Assembly: GCA_965203295.1 (NCBI GenBank)
Contig: CBDBCZ010000018.1
Location: 1,824,001 to 1,888,000 of the forward strand
DNA: 64,000 nucleotides
Reading direction: 5' to 3'
DNA from: Nitrospirales bacterium
GTDB taxonomy: Bacteria; Nitrospirota; Nitrospiria; Nitrospirales; UBA8639
Shown: positions 52,401 to 64,000 of the stretch, in pieces
Layout of the letters: each line of letters begins with the position of its first letter
How positions within the stretch are numbered: the first letter of the stretch is position 1
Notes under the pieces: model-generated
What the model was told of the DNA's origin: nothing
What the model saw: the letters and a program-made list of their open reading frames with translations, nothing else
The model's database searches: none
Position numbers and translations under genes: made by a program

Positions 52401-55400
52401 TGTATCTGACAAACATCATTCAAACTAAACAGGCCTTTGAATAACCAGTTCATTTTCTAAGCAGTTGGGAAGGGTCAGATCAATGGTAGCCAGTTACATT
52501 GGCTGAAAGTCTTTGCCTGAGACCAACAAAACTAACAATTTTCAATAAAATCCTTCTTTCCTAATCTTCAGGCTAACATCAACAAAGCTAAACAGGCCTT
52601 TAAATAACCAGCTCTTTTTCTAAACAGTTGGGAAGGGTCAGATAAATGGTAGCAAGTTACTTTGGTTTAAAGTCTTTGCTAGAGAAAAAAAAACTAACAA
52701 TTTTAAATAAAATCCTTCTTTCCTAATCTGCAAACTAACATCAACCAAACTAAACAAGCCTTTAAATAACCAGTTCCTTTCTTGAACATTGATACTTCCT
52801 AAGCATGTATTGAATCTGACTAATATCATTCAAACAAAACAAGCCTTTAAATAACCAGCTCATTTTCTCAATAGTTCGGAAGGGTCAGATAAATGGTAGC
52901 TAGTAACTTTGGCTTAAAGTCTTTGCTAGAGACCAACAAAACTAACAATTTTCAAAACAATCCTTCTTTCCTAATCTTCAGGCTAACATCAACAAAACTA
53001 AATAGGCCTTTGAATAACCAGTTCTTTTTCTAAACAGTTGGAAAGGGTCAGATAAATGGTAGTAGTTATTTTGGCTTAAAGTCTTTGCTAGAGACCAACA
53101 AAACTAACAATTTTCAATAAAATCCTTCTTTCAAAATCTTAAGACTAACATCAACAAAACTAAACAAGCCTTTGAATAACCAGTTCCTTTCTTGAACATC
53201 GACACTTCCTAAACATGTATTGTATCCGACTAACATCATTAAAACTAATCAAGCCTTTGAATAACCAGTTCTTTTCCTAAACAGTTGGGAAGGGTCAGAT
53301 CAATGGTAGCTAGTTACTTTGGCTCAAATTCTTTGCTAGAGACAAACAAAACTAACGATTTTTTATAAAATACTTCTTTCCTAATCTGCAGACTAACATC
53401 AAGCAAACTAAATAAGCATTTGAATAACCAGTTCCTTTCTTGAACATTGATACTTCCTAAGCATGTATTGTATCTGACTAACATCATTCAAAGTAAACAA
53501 GCCTTTGAATAACAAGTTCTTTTCCTAAATAGTTGGGAAGGGTCAGATCAATGGTAGCCATTTACTTTGGCTGAAAGTATTAGCCTGAGACCAAAAAAAC
53601 TAACAATTTTCAATAAAATCCTTCTTTCCTAATCTTCAGACTAACATCAACCAAACTAAACAAGCCTTTGAATAACCAGTTCCTTTCTTGAACATTGATA
53701 CTTCCTAAGCATGTATTGTATCTGACTAATATCATTCAAACAAAACAAGCCTTTGAATAACCAGCTCTTTTTCTAAATAGTTGGGAAGGATCAGATCAAT
53801 GGTAGCCAGTTACTTTGGCTTAAAGTCTTTGCAAGAGACAAAAAAAACTAACAATTATCAATAAAATCTTTCTTTCTTAATCTTCAGGCTAAAATCAACG
53901 AAACTAAACAGGCCTTTGAATAACCAGTTCTTTTTCTAAACAGTTGGGAAGGGTCAGATAAATGGTAGATAGTTACTTTGGCTTAAAGTCTTTGCTAGAG
54001 ATCAACAAAACTAACAATTTTCAATAAAATCCTTCTTTCCTAATCTTCAGACTAACATCATTCAAACTAAACAAGCCTTTGAATAACCAGTTCTTTTCCT
54101 AAACAATTAGGAAGGGTCATATCAATGGTAGCTAGTTTCTTTGGCTGAAAGTCTTTGCCTGAGACCAACAAAACTAACAATTTTCAAAAAAATCCTTCTT
54201 TCCTATTCTTCAGACTAACATCAACCAAACTAAACAAGCCTTTGAATAACCAGTTCCTTTCTTGAACATCGATACTTCCTAAGCATGTATTGTATCTGAC
54301 TAACATCATTCAAAGTAAACAAGCCTTTGAATAACAAGTTCTTTTCCTAAATAGTTGGGAAGGGTCAGATCAATGGTAGCCATTTACTTTGGCTGAAAGT
54401 ATTAGCCTGAGACCAAAAAAACTAACAATTTTCAATAAAATCCTTCTTTCCTAATCTTCAGACTAACATCAACCAAACTAAACAAGCCTTTGAATAACCA
54501 GTTCCTTACTTGAACATTGATACTTCCTAAGCATGTATTGTATCTGACTAATATCATTCAAACAAAACAAGCCTTTGAATAATCAGCTCTTTTTCTAAAT
54601 AGTTGGGAAGGATAAGATCAATGGTAGCCAGTTACTTTGGCTTAAAGTCTTTGCAAGAGACAAAAAAAACCTAACAATTATCAATAAAATCCTTCTTTCT
54701 TAATCTTCAGGCTAAAATCAACGAAACTAAACAGGCCTTTGAATAACCAGTTCTTTTTCTAAACAGTTGGGATGGGTCAGATAAATGGTAGCTAGTTACT
54801 TTGGCTTAAAGTCTTTGCTAGAGACCAACAAAACTAACAATTTTCAATAAAATCCTTCTTTCCTAATCTTCAAACTAACATCATTCAAACTAAAAAAGCC
54901 TTAGAATAACCAGTTCTTTTCCTAAACAATTAGGAAGGGTCATATCAATGGTAGCTAGTTTCTTTGGCTGAAAGTCTTTGCCTGAGACCAACAAAACTAA
55001 CAATTTTCAATAAAATCCTTCTTTCCTAATCTTCAGACTAACATCAACCAAACTAAACAAGCCTTTGAATAACCAGTTCCTTTCTTGAACATCGACACTT
55101 CTTAAACATGTATTGTATTCGACTAACATCATTAAAACTAATCAAGCCTTCGAATAACCAGTTCTTTTCCTAAAAAGCTGAGAAGGGTCAGATCAATGGT
55201 AGCTAGTTACTTTGGCTCAAAGTCTTTGCTAGAGACCAACAAAACTAAAGATTTTCTATAAAAAACTTCTTTCCTTATCTGCAGACTAACATCAAGCAAA
55301 CTAAAAAAGCCTTTGAATAACCAGTTCCTTTCTTGAACATCGATACTTCCTAAGCATGTATTGTATCTGACTAACATCATTCAAACTAAACAAGCCTTTG

Positions 55401-58400
55401 AATAACAAGTTTTTTTCCTAAACAGTTGGGAAGGGTCAGATCAATGGTAGCCAGTTACTTTGGCTGAAAGTCTTTGCCTGAGAACAACAAAAACTAACAA
55501 TTTTCAATAAAATCCTTCTTTCCTAATCTTCAGACTAACATCAACCAAACTAAACAAGCTTTTGAATAACCAGTTCCTTTCTTGAACATCGATACTTCCT
55601 AAGCGTGTATTGTATCTGACTAACATCATTCAAACTAAACAAGCCTTTGAATAACCAGTTCTTTTCCAAAACAGTTGTTAAAGGTCAGATCAATGGTAGC
55701 CAGTTACTTTGGCTGAAAGTCTTTACCTAAGACCAACAAAACTAACAATTTTAGATAAAATCCTTCTTTCCTAATTTTCAGGCTAACATCAACAAAACTA
55801 AACAGGCCTTTGAATAACCAGCTCTTTTTCAAAACAGTTGGGAAGGGTCAGATAAATGGTAGCAAGTTACTTTGGCTTAAAGTCTCTGCTAGAAACAAAA
55901 AAACTAACAATTTTAAATAAAATCCTTCTTTCCTAATCTTCAGACTAACATCAACAAAACTAAACAAGCCTTTGAATAACCAGTTCCTTTCTTGAACATT
56001 GATACTTCTTAAGCATGTATTGTATCTGACTAATATCATTCAAACAAAACAAGCCTTTGAATAACCAGCTTATTTTCTAAATAGTTCAAGAGGGTCAGAT
56101 CAATGGTAGCTAGTAACTTTGGCTTAAAGTCTTTGCTAGAGACCTACAAAACTAACAATTTTCAATAAAATCCTTCTTTCCTAATCTTCAGGCTAACATC
56201 AACAAAACTAAACAGGCCTTTGAATAACCAGTTCTTTTCTAAACAGTTAGGAAGGGTCAGAAAAATGGTAGCTAGTTACTTTGGCTTAAAGTTTTTGCTA
56301 GAGACCAACAAAACTAACAATTTTCAATAAAATCCTTCTTTCCTAATCTTCAGACTATCATCATTCAAACTAAACAAGCCTTTGAATAACCAGTTTTTTT
56401 TTCTAAACAGTTGGGAAGGGTCAGATAAATGGTAGCTAGTTACTTTGGCTTAAAGTCTTTGCAAGAGACCAACAAAACTAACAATTATCAATAAAATCCT
56501 TCTTTCCTAATCTTCAGCCTAAAATCAACAAAAATAAACAGGCCTTTGAATAACCAGTTCTTTTTCTAAACAGTTCGGAAGGGTCAGATAAATGGTAGCT
56601 AGTTACTTTGGCTTAAAGTCTTTGCTAGAGACCAACAAAATTAACAATTTTCAATAAAATCCTTCTTTCCTAATCTTCAGACTAACATCATTCAAACTAA
56701 ACAAGCCTTTGAATAACCAGTTTTTTTTCTAAACAGTTGGGAAGGGTCAGATAAATGGTAGCTAGTTACTTTGGCTTAAAGTCTTTGCAAGAGACCAACA
56801 AAACTAACAATTATCAATAAAATCCTTCTTTCCTAATCTTCAGCCTAAAATCAACAAAAATAAATAGGCCTTTGAATAACCAGTTCTTTTTTTAAACAGT
56901 TCGGAAGGGTCAGATAAATGGTAGCTAGTTACTTTGGCTTAAAGTCTTTGCTAGAGACCAACAAAATTAACAATTTTAAATAAAATCCTTCTTTCCTAAT
57001 CTTAAGACTAACATCATTCAAACTAAACAAGCCTTTGAATAACCAGTTCTTTTCCTAAACAGTTGGGAAGGGTCAGATCAACGGCAGCTAGTTATATTGG
57101 CTTAAAGTCTTTGCTAGAGACCATCAAAACTAACAATTTTCAATAAAATCCTTCTTACCTATTCTTCAGGCTAACATCAACAAAACTAAACAAGCCTTTG
57201 AATAACCAGTTCTTTTCCTAAACAGTTGGGAAGGGTCAGATCAATGGTAGCTAGTTACTTTGGCTTAAAGTCTTTGCTAGAGACCAACAAAACTAACAAT
57301 TTTCAATAAAATCCTTCTTTCCTAATCTTCAGACTAACGTCATTCAAACTAAACAAGGTTTTGAATAACCAGCTCTTTTTCCAAACAGTTGGGAAGGGTC
57401 AGATCAAATGTATCTAGTAACTTTGATTTAAAGTCTTTGCTAGAGACAAACAAAACTAATAATTTTCATTAAAATCCTTCTTTCCTAATCTTCAGACTAA
57501 CATCAACCAAACTAAACAAGCCCTAGAATAACAAGTTCCTTTCTTGAACATCGATACTTCCTAAGCATGTATTGTATCTGACTAACATCATTCAAACTAA
57601 ACAAGATTTTGAATAACCAGTTCTTTTTCTAAACATTTGGGAAGGGTAGGATCAATGGTAGCTAGTGACTTTGGCTTAAAGTCTTTGGTAGAGACAAACA
57701 AAACTAACAATTTTCAATGAAATACTTCTTTCCTAATCTGCAGACTAACATCAAGTAAACTAAACAAGCCTTTGAATAACCAGTTCCTTTCTTGAACATC
57801 GATACTTCCTAAGCATGTATTGTATCTGACTAACATCATTCAAACTAAACAAGCCTTTAGTTGTTTTCCTAAACAGTTGGGAAGGGTCTGATCAATGGTA
57901 GCCAGTTACTTTGGCTGAAAGTCTTTGCTTGAGACCAACAAAACTAACAATTTTAAATAAAATCCTTCTTTCCTAATCTTCAGACTAACATCAACCAAAC
58001 TAAACAAGCCTTTGAATAACCAGTTCCTTTCTTGAACATTGATACTTCCTAAGCATGTATTGTATCTGACTAGTATCATTCAAACAAAACAAGCCTTTGA
58101 ATAACCAGCACTTTTTCTAAATAGTTCGAAAAGGTCACATCAATGGTAGCTAGTAACTTTGGCTTAATTAAAGTCATTGCAAGAGACCAACAAAACTAAC
58201 AATTTTCAATAAATCCTTCTTTCCTAATCTTCAGGCTAACATCAACAAAACTAAACAGGCCTTTGAATAACCAGTTCTTTTCTAAACAGTTGGGAAGGGT
58301 CAGATAAATGGTAGCTAGTTACTTTGGCTTAAAGTCTTTGCTAGAGACCAACAAAACTAACAATTTTCAATAAAATCCTTCTTTCCTAAACTTCAGACTA

Positions 58401-61400
58401 ACATCATTAAAATTTAACAAGCCTTTGAATAACCAGTTCTTTTCCTAAACAGTTGGGAAGGGTCAGATCAATGGTAGCTAGTTACTTTGGCTGAAAGTCT
58501 TTGTCTGAGACCAACAAAACTAAAAATTTTAAATAAAATACTTCTTTCCTAATCTTCAGACTAACATCGTTCAAACTAAACAAGCCTTTGAATAACCAGT
58601 TCTTATCCTAAACAGTTAGGAAGGGTCAGATCAATGGTAGTTAGTTACTTTTGCTGAAAGTCTTTGCCTGAGACCAACAAAACTAACAATTTTCAATAAA
58701 ATTCTTCTTTCTTAATCTTCAGATTAACATCAAACAAACTAAACAAGCCTTTGAATAACCAGTTCCTTTCTTGAACATCGACACTTCCTAAACATGTATT
58801 GTATCCGACTAACATCATTCAAACAAAACAAGCCTTTGAATAACAAGTTCTTTTCCTAAACAGTTGGGAAGGGTGAGATCAATGGTAGCCAGTTACTTTG
58901 GCTGAAAGTCTTTGCATGAGAACAACAAAAACTAACAATTTTCAATAAAATCCTTCTTTCCTAATCTTCAGACTAACATCAACCAAACTAAACAAGCCTT
59001 TGAATAACCAGTTCCTTTCTTGAACATCGATACTTCCTAAGCGTGTATTGTATCTGACTAACATCATTCAAACTAAACAAGCCTTTGAATAACCAGTTCT
59101 TTTCCAAAACAGTTGTTAAGGGTCAGATCAATGGTAGCCAGTTACTTTGGCTGAAAGTCTTTGCCTGAGACCAACAAAACTAACAATTTTAGATAAAATC
59201 CTTCTTTCCTAATTTTTAGGCTAACATAAACAAAACTAAACAGGCCTTTGAATAACCAGCTCTTTTTCTAAACAGTTGGGAAGGGTCAGATAAATGGTAG
59301 CAAGTTACTTTGGCTTAAAGTCTTTGCATGAAACAAAAAAACTAACAATTTAAAATAAAATCCTTCTTTCCTAATCTTCAGACTAACATCAACCAAACTA
59401 AACAAGCCTTTGAATAACCAGTTCCTTTCTTGAACATTGATACTTCTTAAGCATGTATTGTATCTGACTAATATCATTCAAACAAAACAAGCCTTTGAAT
59501 AACCAGCTTATTTTCTAAATAGTTCGGAAGGGTCAGATCAATGGTAGCTAGTAACTTTGGATTAAAGTTTTTACTAGAGACCAACAAAACTAACAATTTT
59601 CAATAAAATCCTTCTTTCCTAATCTTCAGACTAACATCAACAAAACTAAACAGGCCTTTGAATAACCAGTTCTTTTCTAAACAGTTAGGAAGGGTCAGAA
59701 AAATGGTAGCTAGTTACTTTGGCTTAAAGTTTTTGCTAGAGACCAACAAAACTAACAATTTTCAATAAAATCCTTCTTTCTTAATCTTAAGACTAACATC
59801 ATTCAAACTAAACAAGCCTTTGAATAACCAGTTTTTTTTTCTAACTTTGAATAACCAGTTTTTTTTTCTAAACAGTTGGGAAGGGTCAGATAAATGGTAG
59901 CTAGTTACTTTGGCTTAAAGTCCTTGCAAGAGACCAACAAAACTAACAATTATCAATAAAATCCTTCTTTCCTAATCTTCAGCCTAAAATCAACAAAAAT
60001 AAACAGGCCTTTGAATAACCAGTTCTTTTTCTAAACAGTTGGGAAGGGTCAGATCAATGGCAGCTAGTTATATTGGCTTAAAGTCTTTGCTAGAGACCAT
60101 CAAAACTAACAATTTTCAATAAAATCCTTCTTACCTATTCTTCAGGCTAACATCAACAAAACTAAACAAGCCTTTGAATAACCAGTTCTTTTCCTAAACA
60201 GTTGGGAAGGGTCCGATCAATGGTAGCTAGTTACTTTGGCTTAAAGTCTTTGCTAGAGACCAACAAAACTAACAATTTTCAATAAAATCCTTCTTTCCTA
60301 ATCTTCAGACTAACATCATTCAAACTAAACAAGGTTTTGAATAACCAGCTCTTTTTCTAAACAGTTGGGAAGGGTCAGATCAAATGTAGCTAGTAACTTT
60401 GGCTTAAAGTCTTTGCTAGAGACAAAAAAAACTAATAATTTTCATTAAAATCCTTCTTTCCTAATCTTCAGACTAACTTCAACCAAACTAAACAAGCCCT
60501 AGAATAACAAGTTCCTTTCTTGAACATCGATACTTCCTAAGCATGTATTGTATCTGACTAACATCATTCAAACTAAACAAGATTTTGAATAACCAGTTCT
60601 TTTTCTAAACATTTGGGAAGGGTAGGATCAATGGTAGCTCGTGACTTTGGCTTAAAGTCTTTGCTAGAGACCAACAAAACTAACAATTTTCAATGAAATC
60701 CTTCTTTCCTAATCTTCAGGCTAACATCAACCAAACTAAACAAGCCTTTGATTAAAGTTCCTTTCTTGAACATCGATACTTCCTAAGCATGTATTGTGTC
60801 TGACTAACATCATTCAAACTAAACAAGCCTTTGAATAACCAGTTGTTTTCCTAAACAGTTGGGAAGGGTCAGATCAATGGTAGCCAGTTACTTTGGCTGA
60901 AAGTCTTTGCCTGAGACCAACAATACTAACAATTTTAAATAAAATCCTTCTTTCCTAATCTTCAGACTAACATCAACCAAACTAAACAAGCCTTTGAATA
61001 ACCAGTTCCTTTCTTGAATATTGATACTTCCTAAGCATGTATTGTATCTGACTAATATCATTCAAACAAAACAAGCCTTTGAATAACCAGCTCTTTTTCT
61101 AAACAGTTGGGAAGGGTCAGATAAATGGTAGCAAGTTACTTTGGCTTAAAGTCTTTGCTAGAGACCAACAAAACTAACAATTTTCAATAAAATCCTCCTT
61201 TCCTAATCTTCAGACAAACATCAACCAAACTAAACAAGCCTTTGAATAACCAGTTTTTTTTTCTAACTTTGAATAACCAGTTCTTTTCTAAACAGTTGGG
61301 AAGGGTCAGATAAATGGCAGCTAGTTATATTGGCTTAAAGTCTTTGCTAGAGACCATCAAAACTAACAATTTTCAATAAAATCCTTCTTACCTATTCTTC

Positions 61401-64000
61401 AGGCTAACATCAACAAAACTAAACAAGCCTTTGAATAACCAGTTCTTTTCCTAAACAGTTGGGAAGGGTCCGATCAATGGTAGCTAGTTACTTTGGCTTA
61501 AAGTCTTTGCTAGAGACCAACAAAACTAACAATTTTCAATAAAATCCTTCTTTCCTAATCTTCAGACTAACATCATTCAAACTAAACAAGGTTTTGAATA
61601 ACCAGCTCTTTTTCTAAACAGTTGGGAAGGGTCAGATCAAATGTAGCTAGTAACTTTGGCTTAAAGTCTTTGCTAGAGACAAAAAAAACTAATAATTTTC
61701 ATTAAAATCCTTCTTTCCTAATCTTCAGACTAACTTCAACCAAACTAAACAAGCCCTAGAATAACAAGTTCCTTTCTTGAACATCGATACTTCCTAAGCA
61801 TGTATTGTATCTGACTAACATCATTCAAACTAAACAAGATTTTGAAAAACCAGTTCTTTTTCTAAACATTTGGGAAGGGTAGGATCAATGGTAGCTAGTG
61901 ACTTTGGCTTAAAGTCTTTGCTAGAGACCAACAAAACTAACAATTTTCAATGAAATCCTTCTTTCCTATTCTTCAGGCTAACATCAACTGAACTAAACAA
62001 GCCTTTGAATAACCAGCTCTTTTTCTAAACAGTTGGGAAGGGTCAGATAAATGGTAACAAGTTACTTTGGCTAAAAGTCTTTGCTAGAGACCAACAAAAC
62101 AAACAATTTTCAATAAAATCCTCCTTTCCTAATCTTCAGACTAACATCAACCAAACTAAACAAGCCTTTGAATAACCAGTTCCTTTCTTGAACATTGATA
62201 CTTCCTAAGCATGTATTGTATCTGACTAATATCATTCAAACAAAACAAGCCTTTGAATAACCAGCACTTTTTCTAAATAGTTCGGAAAGGTCACATCAAT
62301 GGTAGCTAGTAACTTTGGCTTAATTAAAGTCATTGCAAGAGACCAACAAAACTAACAATTTTAAATAAATCCTTCTTTCCTAATCTTCAGGCTAACATCA
62401 ACAAAACTAAACAGGCCTTTGAATAACCAGTTCTTTTCTAAACAGTTGGGAAGGGTCAGATAAATGGTAGCTAGTTACTTTGGCTTAAAGTCTTTGCTAG
62501 ACACCAACAAAACTAACAATTTTCAATAAAATCCTTCTTTCCTAATCTTCAGCCTAAAATCAACAAAAATAAACAGGCCTTTGAATAACCAGTTCTTTTT
62601 CTAAACAGTTCGGAAGGGTCAGATAAATGGTAGCTAGTTACTTTGGCTTAAAGTCTTTGCTAGAGACCAACAAAATTAACAATTTTAAATAAAATCCTTC
62701 TTTCCTAACCTTAAGACTAACATCATTCAAACAAAACAAGCCTTTGAATAACCAGTTCTTTTCCTAAACAGTTGGGAAGGGACAGATCAATGGCAGCTAG
62801 TTATATTGGCTTAAAGTCTTTGCTAGAGACCATCAAAACTAACAATTTTCAATAAAATCCTTCTTACCTATTCTTCAGGCTAACATCAACAAAACTAAAC
62901 AAGCCTTTGAATAACCAGTTCTTTTCCTAAACAGTTGGGAAGGGTCCGATCAATGGTAGCTAGTTACTTTGGCTTAAAGTCTTTGCTAGAGACCAACAAA
63001 ACTAACAATTTTCAATAAAATCCTTATTTCCTAATCTTCAGACTAACATCATTCAGTCTAAACAAGGTTTTGAATAACCAGCTCTTTTTCTAAACAGTTG
63101 GGAAGGGTCAGATCAAATGTAGCTAATAACTTTGGATTAAAGTCTTTGCTAGAGACAAAAAAAAATTATAATTTTCATTAAAATCCTTCTTTCCTAATCT
63201 TCAGACTAACTTCAACCAAACTAAACAAGCCCTAGAATAACAAGTTCCTTTCTTGAACATTGATACTTCCTAAGCATGTATTGTATCTGACTAACATCAT
63301 TCAAACTAAACAAGATTTTGAAAAACCAGTTCTTTTTCTAAACATTTGGGAAGGGTAGGATCAATGGTAGCTAGTTACTTTGGCTTAAAGTCTTTGCTAG
63401 AGACCAACAAAACTAACAATTTTCAATGAAATCCTTCTTTCCTATTCTTCAGGCTAACATCAACCGAACTAAACAAGCCTTTGATTAACAAGTTCCTTTC
63501 TTGAACATCGATACTTCCTAATCATGTATTGTGTCTGACTAACATCATTCAAACTAAACAAGCCTTTGAATAACCAGTTGTTTTCCTAAACAGTTGGGAA
63601 GGGTCAGATCAATGGTAGCCAGTTACTTTGGCTGAAAGTCTTTGCCTGAGACCAACAATACTAACAATTTTAAATAAAATCCTTCTTTCCTAATCTTCAG
63701 ACTAACATCAACCAAACTAAACAAGCCTTTGAATAACCAGTTCCTTTCTTGAATATTGATACTTCCTAAGCATGTATTGTATCTGACTAATATCATTCAA
63801 ACAAAACAAGCCTTTGAATAACCAGCTCTTTTTCTAAACAGTTAGGAAGGGTCAGATAAATGGTAGCAAGTTACTTTGGCTTAAAGTCTTTGCTAGAGAC
63901 CAACAAAACTAACAATTTTCAATAAAATCCTCCTTTCCTAATCTTCAGACAAACATCAACCAAACTAAACAAGCCTTTGAATAACCAGTTCCTTTCTTGA
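49500..64000 (+). repeat. Satellite array block 4 (runs off the window end)
   Basis: Same monomer family and orientation; resumes at CAGTTAGGAAGGGTCAG. Confidence 0.97.

Noticed and set aside
17995..59477. 61-63-aa minus-strand ORFs (MILVRYNTCL... and similar)
   Set aside because: Chance frames in satellite monomers; most copies have stops, and monomer lengths 163 and 248 are not multiples of three.
9674..64000. CRISPR-like repeat-spacer array (recurring ~45-bp subrepeat)
   Set aside because: The intervening sequences are themselves repeated rather than unique spacers; no cas genes; eukaryotic context.

Overview
Eukaryotic (animal) genomic DNA with GT-AG introns; no prokaryotic genes, rRNA, tRNA or CRISPR were recognised. 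A sponge-like invertebrate is my inference from the repeat families, not something shown. Bases 1-9.7 kb are a patchwork of decayed transposon fragments, palindromic mini-elements with 9-bp target-site duplications, duplicated segments and a (GT)n tract. From about 9.7 kb to the window end runs an AT-rich modular satellite (163-bp and 248-bp monomers; 248 = 163 + an 85-bp module) with higher-order duplications and a 339-bp inversion present three times. The array has three interruptions: a duplicated copy of its own left flank (about 12.3-12.8 kb); a full-length 3,269-bp piggyBac-like transposon (TTAA TSD, 13-bp TIRs, intron-containing DDD transposase frameshifted by a 25-bp tandem triplication) whose empty site lies 2,101 bp downstream; and a 2-kb intron-containing fragment carrying five consecutive exons of TRAPPC13, none of which appear in the ORF track. 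Protein assignments come from my recall of family motifs and need database confirmation.
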